From contig CAVVSA010000001.1 in NCBI GenBank assembly GCA_963750855.1, positions 132,928 to 196,927 of the forward strand: DNA of 64,000 nucleotides, read 5' to 3'. Positions 9,665 through 20,109 of the stretch are shown here, piece by piece. This DNA is from an uncultured Actinomycetota bacterium (GTDB lineage Bacteria > Actinomycetota > Actinomycetes > Nanopelagicales > Nanopelagicaceae). The translations under genes were made by a program, and so were the position numbers. The first letter of the stretch is position 1; each line of letters starts with the position of its first letter. The notes under the pieces are model-generated. The model did no database searches, was not told the origin of the DNA, and saw only the letters and a list, made by a program, of their open reading frames with translations.

Positions 9665-10864
9665 TCAACTCGTCTCTACAACTGCCCCAATTTCTCCGAG
9701 GGCAAGTCGGATTCGAAGTCGCTCTCCTTGCGTTAGGACCTTGGGATCGCGGGCGATGCTGCCATCGCCGCGTTGAACTACTGAGTAGCCGCGGTCCAAT
9801 GTTGATTGGGGTGACAAAGATCGCACTCGGGCATAAATGTGCAGCAATTCTTCGCGAGCCAAGTCCACTACGTGCGAAGTGCTCCGGTGTGATCTATCGC
9901 GCAATCCAACGATAACCTCATGACGAGTGGTGATGAGAACTATCGGGTCTTTCAGAACTGGTCGCTCGCGCAGTGCGTTAAGTCGAGATGTCTCAAGATC
10001 TAGGAAATTCAAAAGCCTGCGATTTGCTCGGTCGCGTAGTTGGTTGATCATTGCCAATTCTTCTTCAATATCTGGCACCACTTTTTTGGCGGCATCGGTT
10101 GGAGTAGACGCCCGGATATCTGCGACAAGATCTAACAGGGGAGCATCCTGCTCGTGGCCGATGGCACTGACAATCGGGGTCTCACAAGATGCAGCCAAAC
10201 GAACCAGCCCTTCATCCGAGAAGGGAAGGAGGTCTTCAAAGGAACCGCCTCCGCGGGTGATGATGATGACGTCAACTTCGGCGTTGGCTTCCAACTCTCG
10301 AAGAGCATCTGATACTTCGATTACTGCGGCAGCTCCTTGTACGGCAACCTCGCGAATCTCAAACTGGACTGAGGGCCACCGACGTCGCGCGTTTTCAACG
10401 ACATCCTTCTCAGCGGCGCTATTGCGGCCACAGATCAGTCCAACCCGGCGCGGAAGAAGTGGCAAAGTCTTCTTGCGATCAAGGGCGAACAATCCTTCAG
10501 AGGCAAGAAGTTGTTTAAGGTGTTCAAGGCGGGCCAGTAGTTCGCCAATTCCTACCTGTCGAATCTCTTTGGCCGAAAGTGAGATTGTTCCGTTCTTCGT
10601 ATAGAAGGAAAACTTGGCAAGGATGACAACCCTTGCGTTCTGCGGCAGCGGGGAGACGGCGGCAAGGACAGTACGGTGACACATCACCGAAAGGCTCATA
10701 TCTACGCTGGTATCTCGCAGGCGTATGAAGGCCATGCCGGTGCGCTCGTTGATCTCGGAGATCTCGCCTTCAATCCAGATAGGACCCAATCGATCGATGT
10801 AATCCTTAAGGTTTTCAGAGATCACCCGTACCGGAGCTGGAGATTCTGCTGAAGTTTCGAGCAC
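9665..10864 (-). CDS. xseA: exodeoxyribonuclease VII large subunit
   Basis: 399 aa with a GTG start, an OB-fold N-terminus, a catalytic core (IITRGGGSFEDL; ISAIGHEQD) and a coiled-coil C-terminus. Confidence 0.93.
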   Translation of the reverse strand: MLETSAESPAPVRVISENLKDYIDRLGPIWIEGEISEINERTGMAFIRLRDTSVDMSLSVMCHRTVLAAVSPLPQNARVVILAKFSFYTKNGTISLSAKEIRQVGIGELLARLEHLKQLLASEGLFALDRKKTLPLLPRRVGLICGRNSAAEKDVVENARRRWPSVQFEIREVAVQGAAAVIEVSDALRELEANAEVDVIIITRGGGSFEDLLPFSDEGLVRLAASCETPIVSAIGHEQDAPLLDLVADIRASTPTDAAKKVVPDIEEELAMINQLRDRANRRLLNFLDLETSRLNALRERPVLKDPIVLITTRHEVIVGLRDRSHRSTSHVVDLAREELLHIYARVRSLSPQSTLDRGYSVVQRGDGSIARDPKVLTQGERLRIRLALGEIGAVVETS

Positions 10865-10889
10865 GTATGGATCCTAATAGACTCATGCC

Positions 10890-11864
10890 ATGTCCAAGAA
10901 GGTCTTGCTTGCCGCACCGCGTGGTTATTGCGCCGGTGTCGATCGGGCAGTGATCACCGTGGAGAAGGCACTGGATCTCTATGGAGCACCTGTTTATGTC
11001 CGAAAGCAGATTGTCCATAACAAACATGTCGTCTCAACCCTGGAGGCGCGTGGAGCCATCTTCGTTGATGAAACCGATGAGGTCCCAGAAGGAGCGTTCG
11101 TCGTCTTCTCTGCCCACGGCGTATCTCCCCAGGTACATGAGGATGCTGCCAAGCGAAACCTCAGAACGATTGATGCCACCTGCCCTTTGGTGACGAAGGT
11201 GCACTATGAGGCTAAGCGCTTTGCATCAGAGGATATTGAAATTCTCTTGATTGGCCACGAAGGTCATGAAGAAGTTGAGGGCACAGCTGGGGAAGCAGTC
11301 GGCAAAGTGCAACTCGTAGACGGCCTCGAACACATCAAAGACATCAAGGTCAAAGATGAGAACAAAGTCGCCTGGCTTTCCCAGACCACGTTGAGCGTCG
11401 ATGAGACTCTGGCAACTGTTGCGGCGTTGCGTGAGAGATTTCCGAACATTATTGATCCACCAAGTGATGACATTTGCTACGCGACTCAGAACCGCCAAGT
11501 TGCCATCAAGCAGATCGCGCCTCGTGCCGACTTGGTTCTCGTTGTCGGCTCAACCAATTCGTCCAACTCAGTCCGGCTCGTCGAAGTCGCCAAAGAGTAT
11601 GGAACACCTGCTGCTTACCTCATCGATTTTGCTGCCGAGGTAAAGGATGAATGGCTCGATGGCGTCGAGACGATCGGTGTCACAAGTGGCGCTTCGGTGC
11701 CCGAGATATTGGTGAAGGATCTTCTCGAATGGCTAGCCATGCGGGGCTATGGCGACGTTGAGACAGTGAATGCCATTGAGGAGTCGCTACTTTTCGCGTT
11801 GCCACCTGAACTACGAAAAGACCTGAAGGCAGCCGGTCAGGAAGCGATCACCCATAAGAAGTAG
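10890..11864 (+). CDS. ispH: 4-hydroxy-3-methylbut-2-enyl diphosphate reductase
   Basis: 324 aa with an N-terminal [12 protein letters not shown] segment and three conserved Cys contexts ([21 protein letters not shown]). Confidence 0.95.
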   Translation: MSKKVLLAAPRGYCAGVDRAVITVEKALDLYGAPVYVRKQIVHNKHVVSTLEARGAIFVDETDEVPEGAFVVFSAHGVSPQVHEDAAKRNLRTIDATCPLVTKVHYEAKRFASEDIEILLIGHEGHEEVEGTAGEAVGKVQLVDGLEHIKDIKVKDENKVAWLSQTTLSVDETLATVAALRERFPNIIDPPSDDICYATQNRQVAIKQIAPRADLVLVVGSTNSSNSVRLVEVAKEYGTPAAYLIDFAAEVKDEWLDGVETIGVTSGASVPEILVKDLLEWLAMRGYGDVETVNAIEESLLFALPPELRKDLKAAGQEAITHKK

Positions 11865-11868
11865 GTAG

Positions 11869-14800
11869 TTACTCCTCGTTTGGAAGATGCGGGTGCGGAC
11901 CAGCTCCGATATTTCCATAACGATGGTTGGTGATCGAGACACTCTGTTCCAGTAACCAACGTGGCATTTCAACATCTCCACGTTGGGCAATTGAGCGGCG
12001 ATCGACAGAGATTCCCTTGGCCAAAAATTCCAAAACGGGCGGAGTTCCTGCCGCCAACCATCGGACCTTGTCCTTTACTGATATTCGATTGACCAACTGA
12101 TCCTCAGTTTCGATGATCGCGGTTGGGCATTCGGGTATTGGCTGATCGGCGCTGAATTCAATTTTGCTTTTTGTCTCGCCCGCAACCCAGGTGATGTACT
12201 TGATCAGATTTGGATCTTCTGACCCGTCAATTCTCACGACAATGCCGCGCCGAGATGGCAAGTAGCGCTGGTAATTCCGTTCGACGTTGAGGTCAGCAGC
12301 ATCAATGGCCTCGTTGCCGATGCGCGCCCACCACCTTGCAGAACTCTGAACGCCTTCATCGATTGACTCAAGCGGTTCCCATTCGCGCAGGTTGTTGACG
12401 TAGTTTGCTCCGCCTGCCTTAGAAGTCGGGCCGACGCTGCTGCGCTTCCAACCACCGAATGGCTGTCGGTTCACTACAGCCCCTGTTGTGCCACGGTTTA
12501 CGTAAAGATTTCCTGCCTCGACTTGGGCGATCCACTGCTCGCACTCTTTCTCATCGAGGGAATGCACTCCGGCGGTCAGTCCGAAATCAACGGCATTCTG
12601 CCAGGCGATTGCCGCATCAAAGTTAGGTGCAACCATGACGCCAAGGACAGGACCGAACCACTCGTTGCGATGACTCCATGATCCAGGGGCCACACCCAAC
12701 TTCACGCCTGGTGACCAGAGATGCCCGGTTGCATCCAATTGCTTTGGTTGGACAAGCCAACTCTCTCCATCATCAAGGGTAGTGAGGGCGCGCAGTAGCG
12801 AACCGGACGGTGGATGAATCACTGGTCCGACAGCCGTCGAGTAATTTCTGCCCGCGCCGACGCTGAGGCTTTCCACTGCATCTTTGAGTTGGTCCAAGAA
12901 AGAAGGATTCTTGTAGATGTTCTCTTCGACAATTGCCAGACTCGCGGCGCTGCATTTCTGGCCAGCATGACCGAAGGCCGACTGCACGAGATCTTTGACG
13001 GCACTATCAATGTCGGCAGCAGCTGAGATAAGAATGGCGTTCTTTCCGCTGGTTTCTGCCATCAGTCGGATCGCTGGCTTCCATGAAGTAAACATGGAAG
13101 CGGTATCAAATGAACCAGTGAGAATGACACTATCTATTCCAGAGTGAGTAACAAGGTGCAATCCGTCGTCGTCATCTCGAGTGGGAACGAATTGCAGAAC
13201 GTGTTGTGGCACGCCCGCATCCCAGAGTTGGCGAGCTATCTGCCAGGCGGTAGCCACTGTCTCAGGTGCTGGTTTGAGAATGACAGCATTTCCGGCAGCA
13301 AGGGCAGAACAAACGCCTCCCATCGGAATGGCATAAGGAAAATTCCACGGCGGCACAACGAGGACAACGCCAAGCGGCTTTGAGTCGGTGCATTTCTCGT
13401 AAGAATTCAGCGCGTAGAAACGCGCAAAGTCGATTCCCTCGCTTACTTCAGGATCGGCCTCGGCCACGGTCTTCCCGGAATCGCGCGCCATGATCGCGAT
13501 CGTCTCTGCCCGCTCGTTCTCCATCAGGGTTGCGGCCGCTCCCAGAATTCGTCCGCGCCCTATCGGGCCAAGCGCCTCCCACTCATCCACGTGAGCTCGC
13601 GCGGTCGCGACGGCTGAGTCGATGTCTTCACGATTTGCGATGGAGTACGTGTACCACGGTGCGCCATCCACGCTGGGATCCGTGCCCGTTTCAACTTCGC
13701 TGCGGGTGAGAAATTCACCCATGATCTGCAATGGAATTCGCAAATCGTTGCTTGCGTAATGACGCGCAAAGGCGGATTCGAGTTGTGCGCGGAAGTCCGG
13801 GTTGGTCGTATCGGCGTCGCTCTGATTTTCAAACTTGCCGTCATCGAATGCATTCTGCGCATAGTGGCGCTTGAGAGAGTGACGTCGCGAATCGGTAGAG
13901 ATCGTGTGTCGCTCGACGACGGAGATGAGGAATCGACTTTCTTGTTCTTTGAATTTGTCGTTGTCCAGGGCCATGTCAAAGGAGGCCCTCAAATAGTTCT
14001 CTTCGGATGTGTTCTCATCGAGTCGTCGAACTAAGTAGGCAACGGCTGCCGGAAAGTCTTCGTGCCTAGTAACCGGCGTATACAAGAGCACTCGTCCGGT
14101 CTGTCCCGCAACGGCCAATGCCTCTGCATTTGCCATACCTTCCAGCATCTCGATATCGATCTGATTTTCAACCCCACGAGTCTTGGCAACCTCGATTGCC
14201 CAGGCAAGGTGAAACAGGTTGTGGCTGGCGATGCCGATTCGCACGGCGTCAGCGTGGGCAGGATTCAGTGCGACATCGATGAGCCGGGCATAGCTGGCAT
14301 CGACATCGGACTTGCTCTCATAGGGCGCCGGTATCCAGCCGTGGAGTTCGGCTTCCGCCTTCTCCATTGCCAGATTTGCCCCTTTTACCAAGCGAATTTT
14401 GATGGTTCCACCAGAGCGCTCGTGGCGTGCTTTCGCCCACGAAACTAAGTCGGCAAACTCTCCATGAGATTCAGGAAGGTAGGCCTGCAGAACTATGCCG
14501 GCGTTCATGGCTTCAAACTCGGGCTCGTCGAGGAGTTTCTTGAATACTGCCACGGTGATTTCCAGATCGCGGAACTCTTCCATGTCCAAGTTGATGAATG
14601 TTCCGGTCTTGAGTGATTGCCGGTAGAGCAGACGCAGATGATTTGCAACGCGTTCGATGGAGCCCAAGTAATCAATCGTGATCAACTGGCTTGCAATCGA
14701 TGAGATTTTCACGGAAGCGTAATTGACACCGGGCCGCTGGATCATCTCAATGACCGAGTTGAGTCTCTGTGCGGCTTCTCCTTCTCCGAGGACTGCTTCA

Positions 14801-15303
14801 CCGAGAACATTGATATTGAGTTTTGCTTCCTCCCCCGTGCGACGTGAGATGTGTTTGGCGAGGGGATTCTTTTCGGCAGGAAGGATAATTCCATTGGCTG
14901 CCATGCGGACTCGTTTATGGACGACCTTCATCACCAATGACGGGAAAACATATGACAGTGCACTTGCCGCTTTGATTCCAACAAAGTCATAAACTCCAAG
15001 ACCTGAGACACCTGCGGTCTTGGCGGTCCTTCGCAAAGTTTTGGCCGCGTTGCGCATCGAACTCATGCGCATGACTTCATCGGTCAGCGACATGGTGAGC
15101 GCGACGGCGGACGGGTCTTTGAGAAGTCTTGCGAATCTTTTTCTATTTGCCTCATCGTGACGCGTTCTCGTTTTATCCGATTGCGTCAGGAGATTCGAAA
15201 CCAATGCGATGGTCTTATCTGTAAGTCGGTCAATGTCCTCATTAGTTGGAAGCGGATTTGACAGCACTTTCGTCCTTTCCTTAACAGCGTTGTTAGAGGG
15301 CAA
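11869..15303 (-). CDS. putA: bifunctional proline dehydrogenase / L-glutamate gamma-semialdehyde dehydrogenase
   Basis: 1144 aa with an N-terminal PRODH barrel and a C-terminal aldehyde dehydrogenase (FGHAGQKCSAAS, EWFGPVLGV). The start is uncertain: TTG at 15303, or GTG at 15267 with a better SD. Confidence 0.93.
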   Translation of the reverse strand: MPSNNAVKERTKVLSNPLPTNEDIDRLTDKTIALVSNLLTQSDKTRTRHDEANRKRFARLLKDPSAVALTMSLTDEVMRMSSMRNAAKTLRRTAKTAGVSGLGVYDFVGIKAASALSYVFPSLVMKVVHKRVRMAANGIILPAEKNPLAKHISRRTGEEAKLNINVLGEAVLGEGEAAQRLNSVIEMIQRPGVNYASVKISSIASQLITIDYLGSIERVANHLRLLYRQSLKTGTFINLDMEEFRDLEITVAVFKKLLDEPEFEAMNAGIVLQAYLPESHGEFADLVSWAKARHERSGGTIKIRLVKGANLAMEKAEAELHGWIPAPYESKSDVDASYARLIDVALNPAHADAVRIGIASHNLFHLAWAIEVAKTRGVENQIDIEMLEGMANAEALAVAGQTGRVLLYTPVTRHEDFPAAVAYLVRRLDENTSEENYLRASFDMALDNDKFKEQESRFLISVVERHTISTDSRRHSLKRHYAQNAFDDGKFENQSDADTTNPDFRAQLESAFARHYASNDLRIPLQIMGEFLTRSEVETGTDPSVDGAPWYTYSIANREDIDSAVATARAHVDEWEALGPIGRGRILGAAATLMENERAETIAIMARDSGKTVAEADPEVSEGIDFARFYALNSYEKCTDSKPLGVVLVVPPWNFPYAIPMGGVCSALAAGNAVILKPAPETVATAWQIARQLWDAGVPQHVLQFVPTRDDDDGLHLVTHSGIDSVILTGSFDTASMFTSWKPAIRLMAETSGKNAILISAAADIDSAVKDLVQSAFGHAGQKCSAASLAIVEENIYKNPSFLDQLKDAVESLSVGAGRNYSTAVGPVIHPPSGSLLRALTTLDDGESWLVQPKQLDATGHLWSPGVKLGVAPGSWSHRNEWFGPVLGVMVAPNFDAAIAWQNAVDFGLTAGVHSLDEKECEQWIAQVEAGNLYVNRGTTGAVVNRQPFGGWKRSSVGPTSKAGGANYVNNLREWEPLESIDEGVQSSARWWARIGNEAIDAADLNVERNYQRYLPSRRGIVVRIDGSEDPNLIKYITWVAGETKSKIEFSADQPIPECPTAIIETEDQLVNRISVKDKVRWLAAGTPPVLEFLAKGISVDRRSIAQRGDVEMPRWLLEQSVSITNHRYGNIGAGPHPHLPNEE

Positions 15304-15982
15304 CAGCCAGCGTAGTCATGATTGCAATTGTTATTGGCAACGACTGCATGAGGCCATGGAGGGTGGCTACGGTCGAGTGGGGGCCGTGTCGCCGCTGGCT
15401 GAAGGCCCCGAGCACAGAAATGATCACTGGATAGGTAGATAGCGCTCCAGCCACGCGGGGACCCAGAATCGAGGCGGTACCGGTGAGCGTGACGATGAGA
15501 ACAACGGTTACCAGCAGCCTTGCAGGCAACTCCCATCTGGGGATATGTGTGATCTTCGGCTCGACTACATATGCGGGCCAGAATTTGGTGGCAAGTAGCC
15601 AGGCAGATACCAGCAGTGGGAGCAAGACGTAGAGAGATATCTCGAAACTCGTCAGCAAGGCACCCGTTGCGAGGCAGGCGATTGTTCCGGTTGCGAGTGA
15701 ACGTCCCCATGACATTTTCAACGCGGCGACGGCGTAGACCCAGGAGAAAACGATGAGTGCAACTTGTCCCACGAGAACGCCGTGCGCGGCACGAGCTGCA
15801 AATGATGTGCCATCTTGGATATAGATGATGAAAATAAAAGGGCCGGTTGTGAGAGGCAATCCGATCAGGCGCCCGCCGATGCCATCTCCCCAGCGACCTT
15901 GGATGTAACTGACAAGACCTACGAGCATTGGTGCGAGAAAAAGCTTGAGGAAAAGTAGTTGGGGGAGAAGGAGCGAACTCAC
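15293..15982 (-). CDS. hypothetical polytopic membrane protein
   Basis: 229 aa with a GTG start and about 7 hydrophobic helices. Packed between the NSAR gene (1-nt gap) and putA (11-nt overlap). No family recognised. Confidence 0.6.
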   Translation of the reverse strand: MSSLLLPQLLFLKLFLAPMLVGLVSYIQGRWGDGIGGRLIGLPLTTGPFIFIIYIQDGTSFAARAAHGVLVGQVALIVFSWVYAVAALKMSWGRSLATGTIACLATGALLTSFEISLYVLLPLLVSAWLLATKFWPAYVVEPKITHIPRWELPARLLVTVVLIVTLTGTASILGPRVAGALSTYPVIISVLGAFSQRRHGPHSTVATLHGLMQSLPITIAIMTTLAVAL

Positions 15983-15983
15983 T

Positions 15984-17093
15984 CTATGGCGCCGTAATCA
16001 ATTTTCTCGAGGTAGTTATCTCGTCGATGAAATCAAGATCGATCTCAACCCCGATTCCAGGGCCGGAAGGAACTCGCAGTTGTCCGTTCTCCATGACAAA
16101 CGGTGTGGTGATATCTCGATGGTAGTAACGCGAAGATGCACTTGTATCCCCAGGCAATGTAAATCCGGCAAGGGAGGCAAGTGCGATGTTTGCCGCCCGC
16201 CCAATTCCAGTTTCGAGCATTCCACCGCACCAGACCGGAATGTCATTTTCAACGCAGAGGTCATGGATCTTGACTGACTCCAGGTATCCACCCACGCGGC
16301 CAGGTTTAATATTGATGATGGTCGTTGCCTTCATTGCCAGTGCATCGCGTGCGGATTCAAGGGAGGTGATTGATTCATCCAGGCAGATGGGTGTTCGGAC
16401 GACCTTGGCCAACATCGCGTGACCTAGAACGTCGTGTTCATCAAGAGGTTGTTCGATGAGGAGGAGATTGAAGGGATCGAGTCTCTTCAAGTGGTCGGCG
16501 TCCTCGCGCGAATAGGCCTGGTTCGCATCGACCTGCAGAGGAATATCGGGGTAGAGCTCGCGAATCACGCGGACCGGTTCGATGTCCCAGCCCGGTTCGA
16601 TTTTCAGCTTGATTCGCCGGTATCCCTCATCGACATATTGAGAGACTTCTTGCGCCAAGGTGTCGATGGAGGAGGTGATTCCCACCGATACTCCGCAGTC
16701 GATCATCTCTCTGGCCGAACCTAGATATGACCCAAAGGAGATGCCCTCGAGTTTGAGTTGCGCATCCAAGATTGCCGTCTCAACGCAAGCCTTCGACATC
16801 TGATGGCCAAGGAATGGTTTAAGAAGCCCTGCCACTTCTTCGGCACGGATGTCTCCTGCTGCAAAAACTTTCGGTAGCAGGAATCTTTCAATGACATCTT
16901 GGGAAGCGAAGGTGTATTCGGGGGAGTAAAGTGGCTCTGACATTGCCACACACTCAGCCCAACCTTCAGCGCCATCGTGTGTCGTGATCTTCATGAGAAG
17001 CAATTCGCGCTCGTATTGGGTTCCAAAGGATGTGCGGAAGGGTCTTACTAGTGGCAGGTTGATTATGCGAAGTTCCACATCTTTAATCTGCAT
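15984..17093 (-). CDS. enolase-superfamily o-succinylbenzoate synthase / N-succinylamino acid racemase
   Basis: 369 aa with the OSBS/NSAR-subgroup length and motifs (KLKIEPGWD, VDANQAY, LIEQPL, CLDES, IKPGRVGG). Confidence 0.9.
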   Translation of the reverse strand: MQIKDVELRIINLPLVRPFRTSFGTQYERELLLMKITTHDGAEGWAECVAMSEPLYSPEYTFASQDVIERFLLPKVFAAGDIRAEEVAGLLKPFLGHQMSKACVETAILDAQLKLEGISFGSYLGSAREMIDCGVSVGITSSIDTLAQEVSQYVDEGYRRIKLKIEPGWDIEPVRVIRELYPDIPLQVDANQAYSREDADHLKRLDPFNLLLIEQPLDEHDVLGHAMLAKVVRTPICLDESITSLESARDALAMKATTIINIKPGRVGGYLESVKIHDLCVENDIPVWCGGMLETGIGRAANIALASLAGFTLPGDTSASSRYYHRDITTPFVMENGQLRVPSGPGIGVEIDLDFIDEITTSRKLITAP

Positions 17094-17948
17094 TTACATA
17101 GCCTCTTTGCTCACCACGTATGCGCCCTCTTTTGCCAGGCCCGCGATATGCCAACCCGCCTTTAATCGAGCCTCAAGTTCGGCGCGCAAAGCCAAGCGCC
17201 ACTCCATTGCAGATTCGCTATCTGTCGATCGCAATTCGATGATGTCCTTTGGAAGATAAGCAAGAACAACCGAACTGCTTGGATCCACTTCGTGTCTAAC
17301 GGGTTCTTCGAAAACATTGGCCAGGGCAACAGGGATGCGATCAACTGGAATTTCAAGATTGAGATTGCGCGCCGCCTCGACTACGCGGTCTGAAAGAAGC
17401 GACCATTTTGCTATCACGCGATCGGTGGGGTCTCCGGCATTGAGTGCATCCGGCAGATCGCCGTAGAAGTCAGAGAAATATTCAAATACCTGGACGCCGA
17501 GTTTGACGAGGTTCAATCTCGCATTGCGCCTCACCAACGGATCGAAAGTCCACGTGATGGTCTCGTAGCCGTTTTCAAGTGCCCATGCCCGCTGGTGCCA
17601 TTTCAATGCACTGCCGATGTTTCGATTCCGATATTTCTCTTTGACCGCGGCCATGTGCGAATGCAGGTGGAGATGCTTCTTAGAATCGATACCAGGGAAG
17701 GCAAAAGCTGCCGCCACTACCTCGCCATGCACGAAGACTCCGCTGACGTACGTGCCGTTGTGCACCATCGCCTGGAGAAGGTTGGAGGTGATCTGGGTTC
17801 CTTCGTCGGTGGGCCAGACTTCATCAAAGATTTGCCGAGCGAAGCCCTGCTCCTCGACTGTGGCGAGAATTCGAATTGTTACCTGCGCATCATCGCTTCT
17901 GCGTTTTGCATCTATGTGAGCTTGGGCTATCGACTCGGACGTGATCAT
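17094..17948 (-). CDS. GNAT-family acyltransferase (NSAR-associated type)
   Basis: 284 aa with an acetyltransferase core (HMAAVKEKYRNRNIGSALKWHQRAWALENGY). Its stop abuts the NSAR start. Confidence 0.8.
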   Translation of the reverse strand: MITSESIAQAHIDAKRRSDDAQVTIRILATVEEQGFARQIFDEVWPTDEGTQITSNLLQAMVHNGTYVSGVFVHGEVVAAAFAFPGIDSKKHLHLHSHMAAVKEKYRNRNIGSALKWHQRAWALENGYETITWTFDPLVRRNARLNLVKLGVQVFEYFSDFYGDLPDALNAGDPTDRVIAKWSLLSDRVVEAARNLNLEIPVDRIPVALANVFEEPVRHEVDPSSSVVLAYLPKDIIELRSTDSESAMEWRLALRAELEARLKAGWHIAGLAKEGAYVVSKEAM

Positions 17949-18172
17949 GGAGCCAGCCTAGAACTGCAGTCCTTCGACTGCCAACACCCCCGGCAACCGC
18001 CGGTTTGGCAGTCAAGCTTAAGAACGTGCACATTGATTTCGCCAGATCGGATCAACACGTCAATAATTAGATCGATTAGATCTGCGTTCAAATGTGTCAT
18101 TTCAACGATGTCGCGTCGCGTGATGGCGCCGGATCGATACGCAGCAAGGGTGAGATCTCGTGGTGACGTCAT
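17945..18172 (-). CDS. FeoC-like small winged-helix protein with C-terminal Cys cluster
   Basis: 75 aa counted from the internal ATG at 18172, which overlaps the feoB stop (ATGA). Product is MTSPRDLTLAAYRSGAITRRDIVEMTHLNADLIDLIIDVLIRSGEI...DCQTGGCRGCWQSKDC, giving CX4CX2CX5C. Its stop overlaps the GNAT start (ATGA). Confidence 0.6.
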   Translation of the reverse strand: MTSPRDLTLAAYRSGAITRRDIVEMTHLNADLIDLIIDVLIRSGEINVHVLKLDCQTGGCRGCWQSKDCSSRLAP

Positions 18173-20109
18173 GTGATAAATAGCCTCCCGATTTGGAAAA
18201 CGGCAACTGCAAGCATCCAAGCTAGAAGTAACTGGAACCCGATCCCGGCCATGGCCCATTTTGTTCCAAACTCGCGACGTTGGGCCGCCACCGTCGCGAT
18301 GCACGGTGTATAGGCGGTTAGGAAGATGAGGAAGGCGAAAACAGCGAGACTGCCATGTCCTTGGCTAGATCGTTGGAAATCTGTCTTGAGTTTGTTTCCG
18401 AGATCCGAAATTACGAGGTCGCGATTTGGTGAATCCACCGCGTAATTCTGTGCCCATGAAGAGATAACAACTTCCTTCGCAACGAATCCAGTCAACAAAG
18501 CTCCGGCGGTATGCCAATCATTGAAGCCGGCTGGGGCAAATATTGGTGCGATGCCTTTGGCAATTGCCCCATAAACACTATTTTCAATACGACTTTTTTG
18601 GGGTTGATGGTTTCCGGAAACGGGTATAGCCATCAAAGCCCAAATCACGACAACGGTGATAATGACAATCCCACTCACTTCTCTGAGAAAGCCCTTCACC
18701 CGCAGCCACGCATCAGCAATAACAAAGGTTGTCGTTGGCAATCTGTAAGGAGGCAGTTCCATCAAAAGGGGTTCGTGTGAAGCCCCCTTAATGATCGTGA
18801 GCCGCAAGAATCGCGCCACCAGAATGACCAGCGTGATCGAGACGACATACATGACAAAAACCATGGTCCCCGCGTTTGGGCCGAAAAAGATACCGGCCAC
18901 AAAGATATAAACGGCCAAACGGGCTGAACAGGCAGTAAAAGGGATAGTCAATCCGACGATAAGTCGATGGCGAGCGTCTGAGATTGATCTGGTAGCGCTG
19001 ACGGCTGGCACGTTGCAGCCGAAGCCAACAAGTAAAGGCAAGAGTGCCTTCCCAGGCAGCCCTGCAAACCGCATAAGTCGATCTGATACAACGGCTGCGC
19101 GAGACATGTATCCAGAGTCTTCTAACAGGCTGAGGAGCAAGAACATGATGCTCATGACGGGGAGGAATGTGAGCAATGTGCCGACACCGCTAATTATTCC
19201 TTCAACAATTAATCCCTTTAACCAAGGTATCGGCGCGAGGACTCTCTCAATTGGAGGGGTAACAACTCCTGATATGAAGGAGGAAATCCAATGCTGGAAG
19301 GGCAGAGCCAGCGAGGTGGTTGATTGAAATACCACCCAAAGAACGCCTAGAAGGATCATGACACCTAGGAATGGGGCGGTTAAAAATCGGTCTACGCGGT
19401 CGGAGAGAGTACTGCTCCTTTCATGTCGTACGACAGAGGTGTTCAAGATCTCGCCGACAAGACTAATTCTTTGATCTTCGTCGAGGAGCCCCTGTGGTTG
19501 GCTTGGTACCAAATTATTCGACTTAAGTTGAACGAGCATTTCTGCCAGTGTGCTTTCGAAATCAATCGTTCTATTTTTCGCACGTGGGAGCACCGCTACA
19601 ACTCTTAATTCCAGACTTCGCGCAAGGGCACGAGTATCCACTTCGATTCCACGTCGGCTGGCAATATCCGTCATTGTTAAAGCCACGATTATCGGCTTGC
19701 CGAGTTCTTTTAGTTGAGTGACTAAATGCAGGCATCTGGCCATGTTTGAGGCATCAACCACCGCAACGATGAGGTCCACCTTGCTGTTCATCAGAATGTT
19801 AGAGGTGAGTTCTTCATCCGGAGAATTGGGGGAAAGATTCGCAATGCCTGGCAAATCGAGAATAATGAGTTCTTCGCCATTAATTTTCATACCAGCCGAG
19901 CCAACTTCAACGGTAGTTTCGGGCCAGTTGCCCATCTTTCGGTGAACGCCAGAAAATCTGGAAAAGAGCGTGGACTTTCCAACATTTGGGCGCCCTACGA
20001 AGGCAACTACGGGTGTGGTGGTGAGGACGAAGTCGAGATGCTCTTCTTGACCACATGATCCGCACATTCTTATTTCTGCTTCACTGTGTGCCGAGGTAAC
20101 TGCAGTCAA
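18169..20109 (-). CDS. feoB: ferrous iron transporter FeoB
   Basis: 646 aa with an N-terminal G domain (VGRPNVGKSTLF; DLPGI) followed by a polytopic permease. The start is uncertain: TTG at 20109 or ATG at 20067. Confidence 0.93.
   Translation of the reverse strand: MTAVTSAHSEAEIRMCGSCGQEEHLDFVLTTTPVVAFVGRPNVGKSTLFSRFSGVHRKMGNWPETTVEVGSAGMKINGEELIILDLPGIANLSPNSPDEELTSNILMNSKVDLIVAVVDASNMARCLHLVTQLKELGKPIIVALTMTDIASRRGIEVDTRALARSLELRVVAVLPRAKNRTIDFESTLAEMLVQLKSNNLVPSQPQGLLDEDQRISLVGEILNTSVVRHERSSTLSDRVDRFLTAPFLGVMILLGVLWVVFQSTTSLALPFQHWISSFISGVVTPPIERVLAPIPWLKGLIVEGIISGVGTLLTFLPVMSIMFLLLSLLEDSGYMSRAAVVSDRLMRFAGLPGKALLPLLVGFGCNVPAVSATRSISDARHRLIVGLTIPFTACSARLAVYIFVAGIFFGPNAGTMVFVMYVVSITLVILVARFLRLTIIKGASHEPLLMELPPYRLPTTTFVIADAWLRVKGFLREVSGIVIITVVVIWALMAIPVSGNHQPQKSRIENSVYGAIAKGIAPIFAPAGFNDWHTAGALLTGFVAKEVVISSWAQNYAVDSPNRDLVISDLGNKLKTDFQRSSQGHGSLAVFAFLIFLTAYTPCIATVAAQRREFGTKWAMAGIGFQLLLAWMLAVAVFQIGRLFIT

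Noticed and set aside
17945-18304. A 119-aa ORF overlapping the 3' end of feoB.
   Set aside because: The first 44 codons overlap feoB in another frame and look like noise. The internal ATG at 18172 forms an ATGA junction with the feoB stop, so only the 75-aa FeoC-like product is retained.
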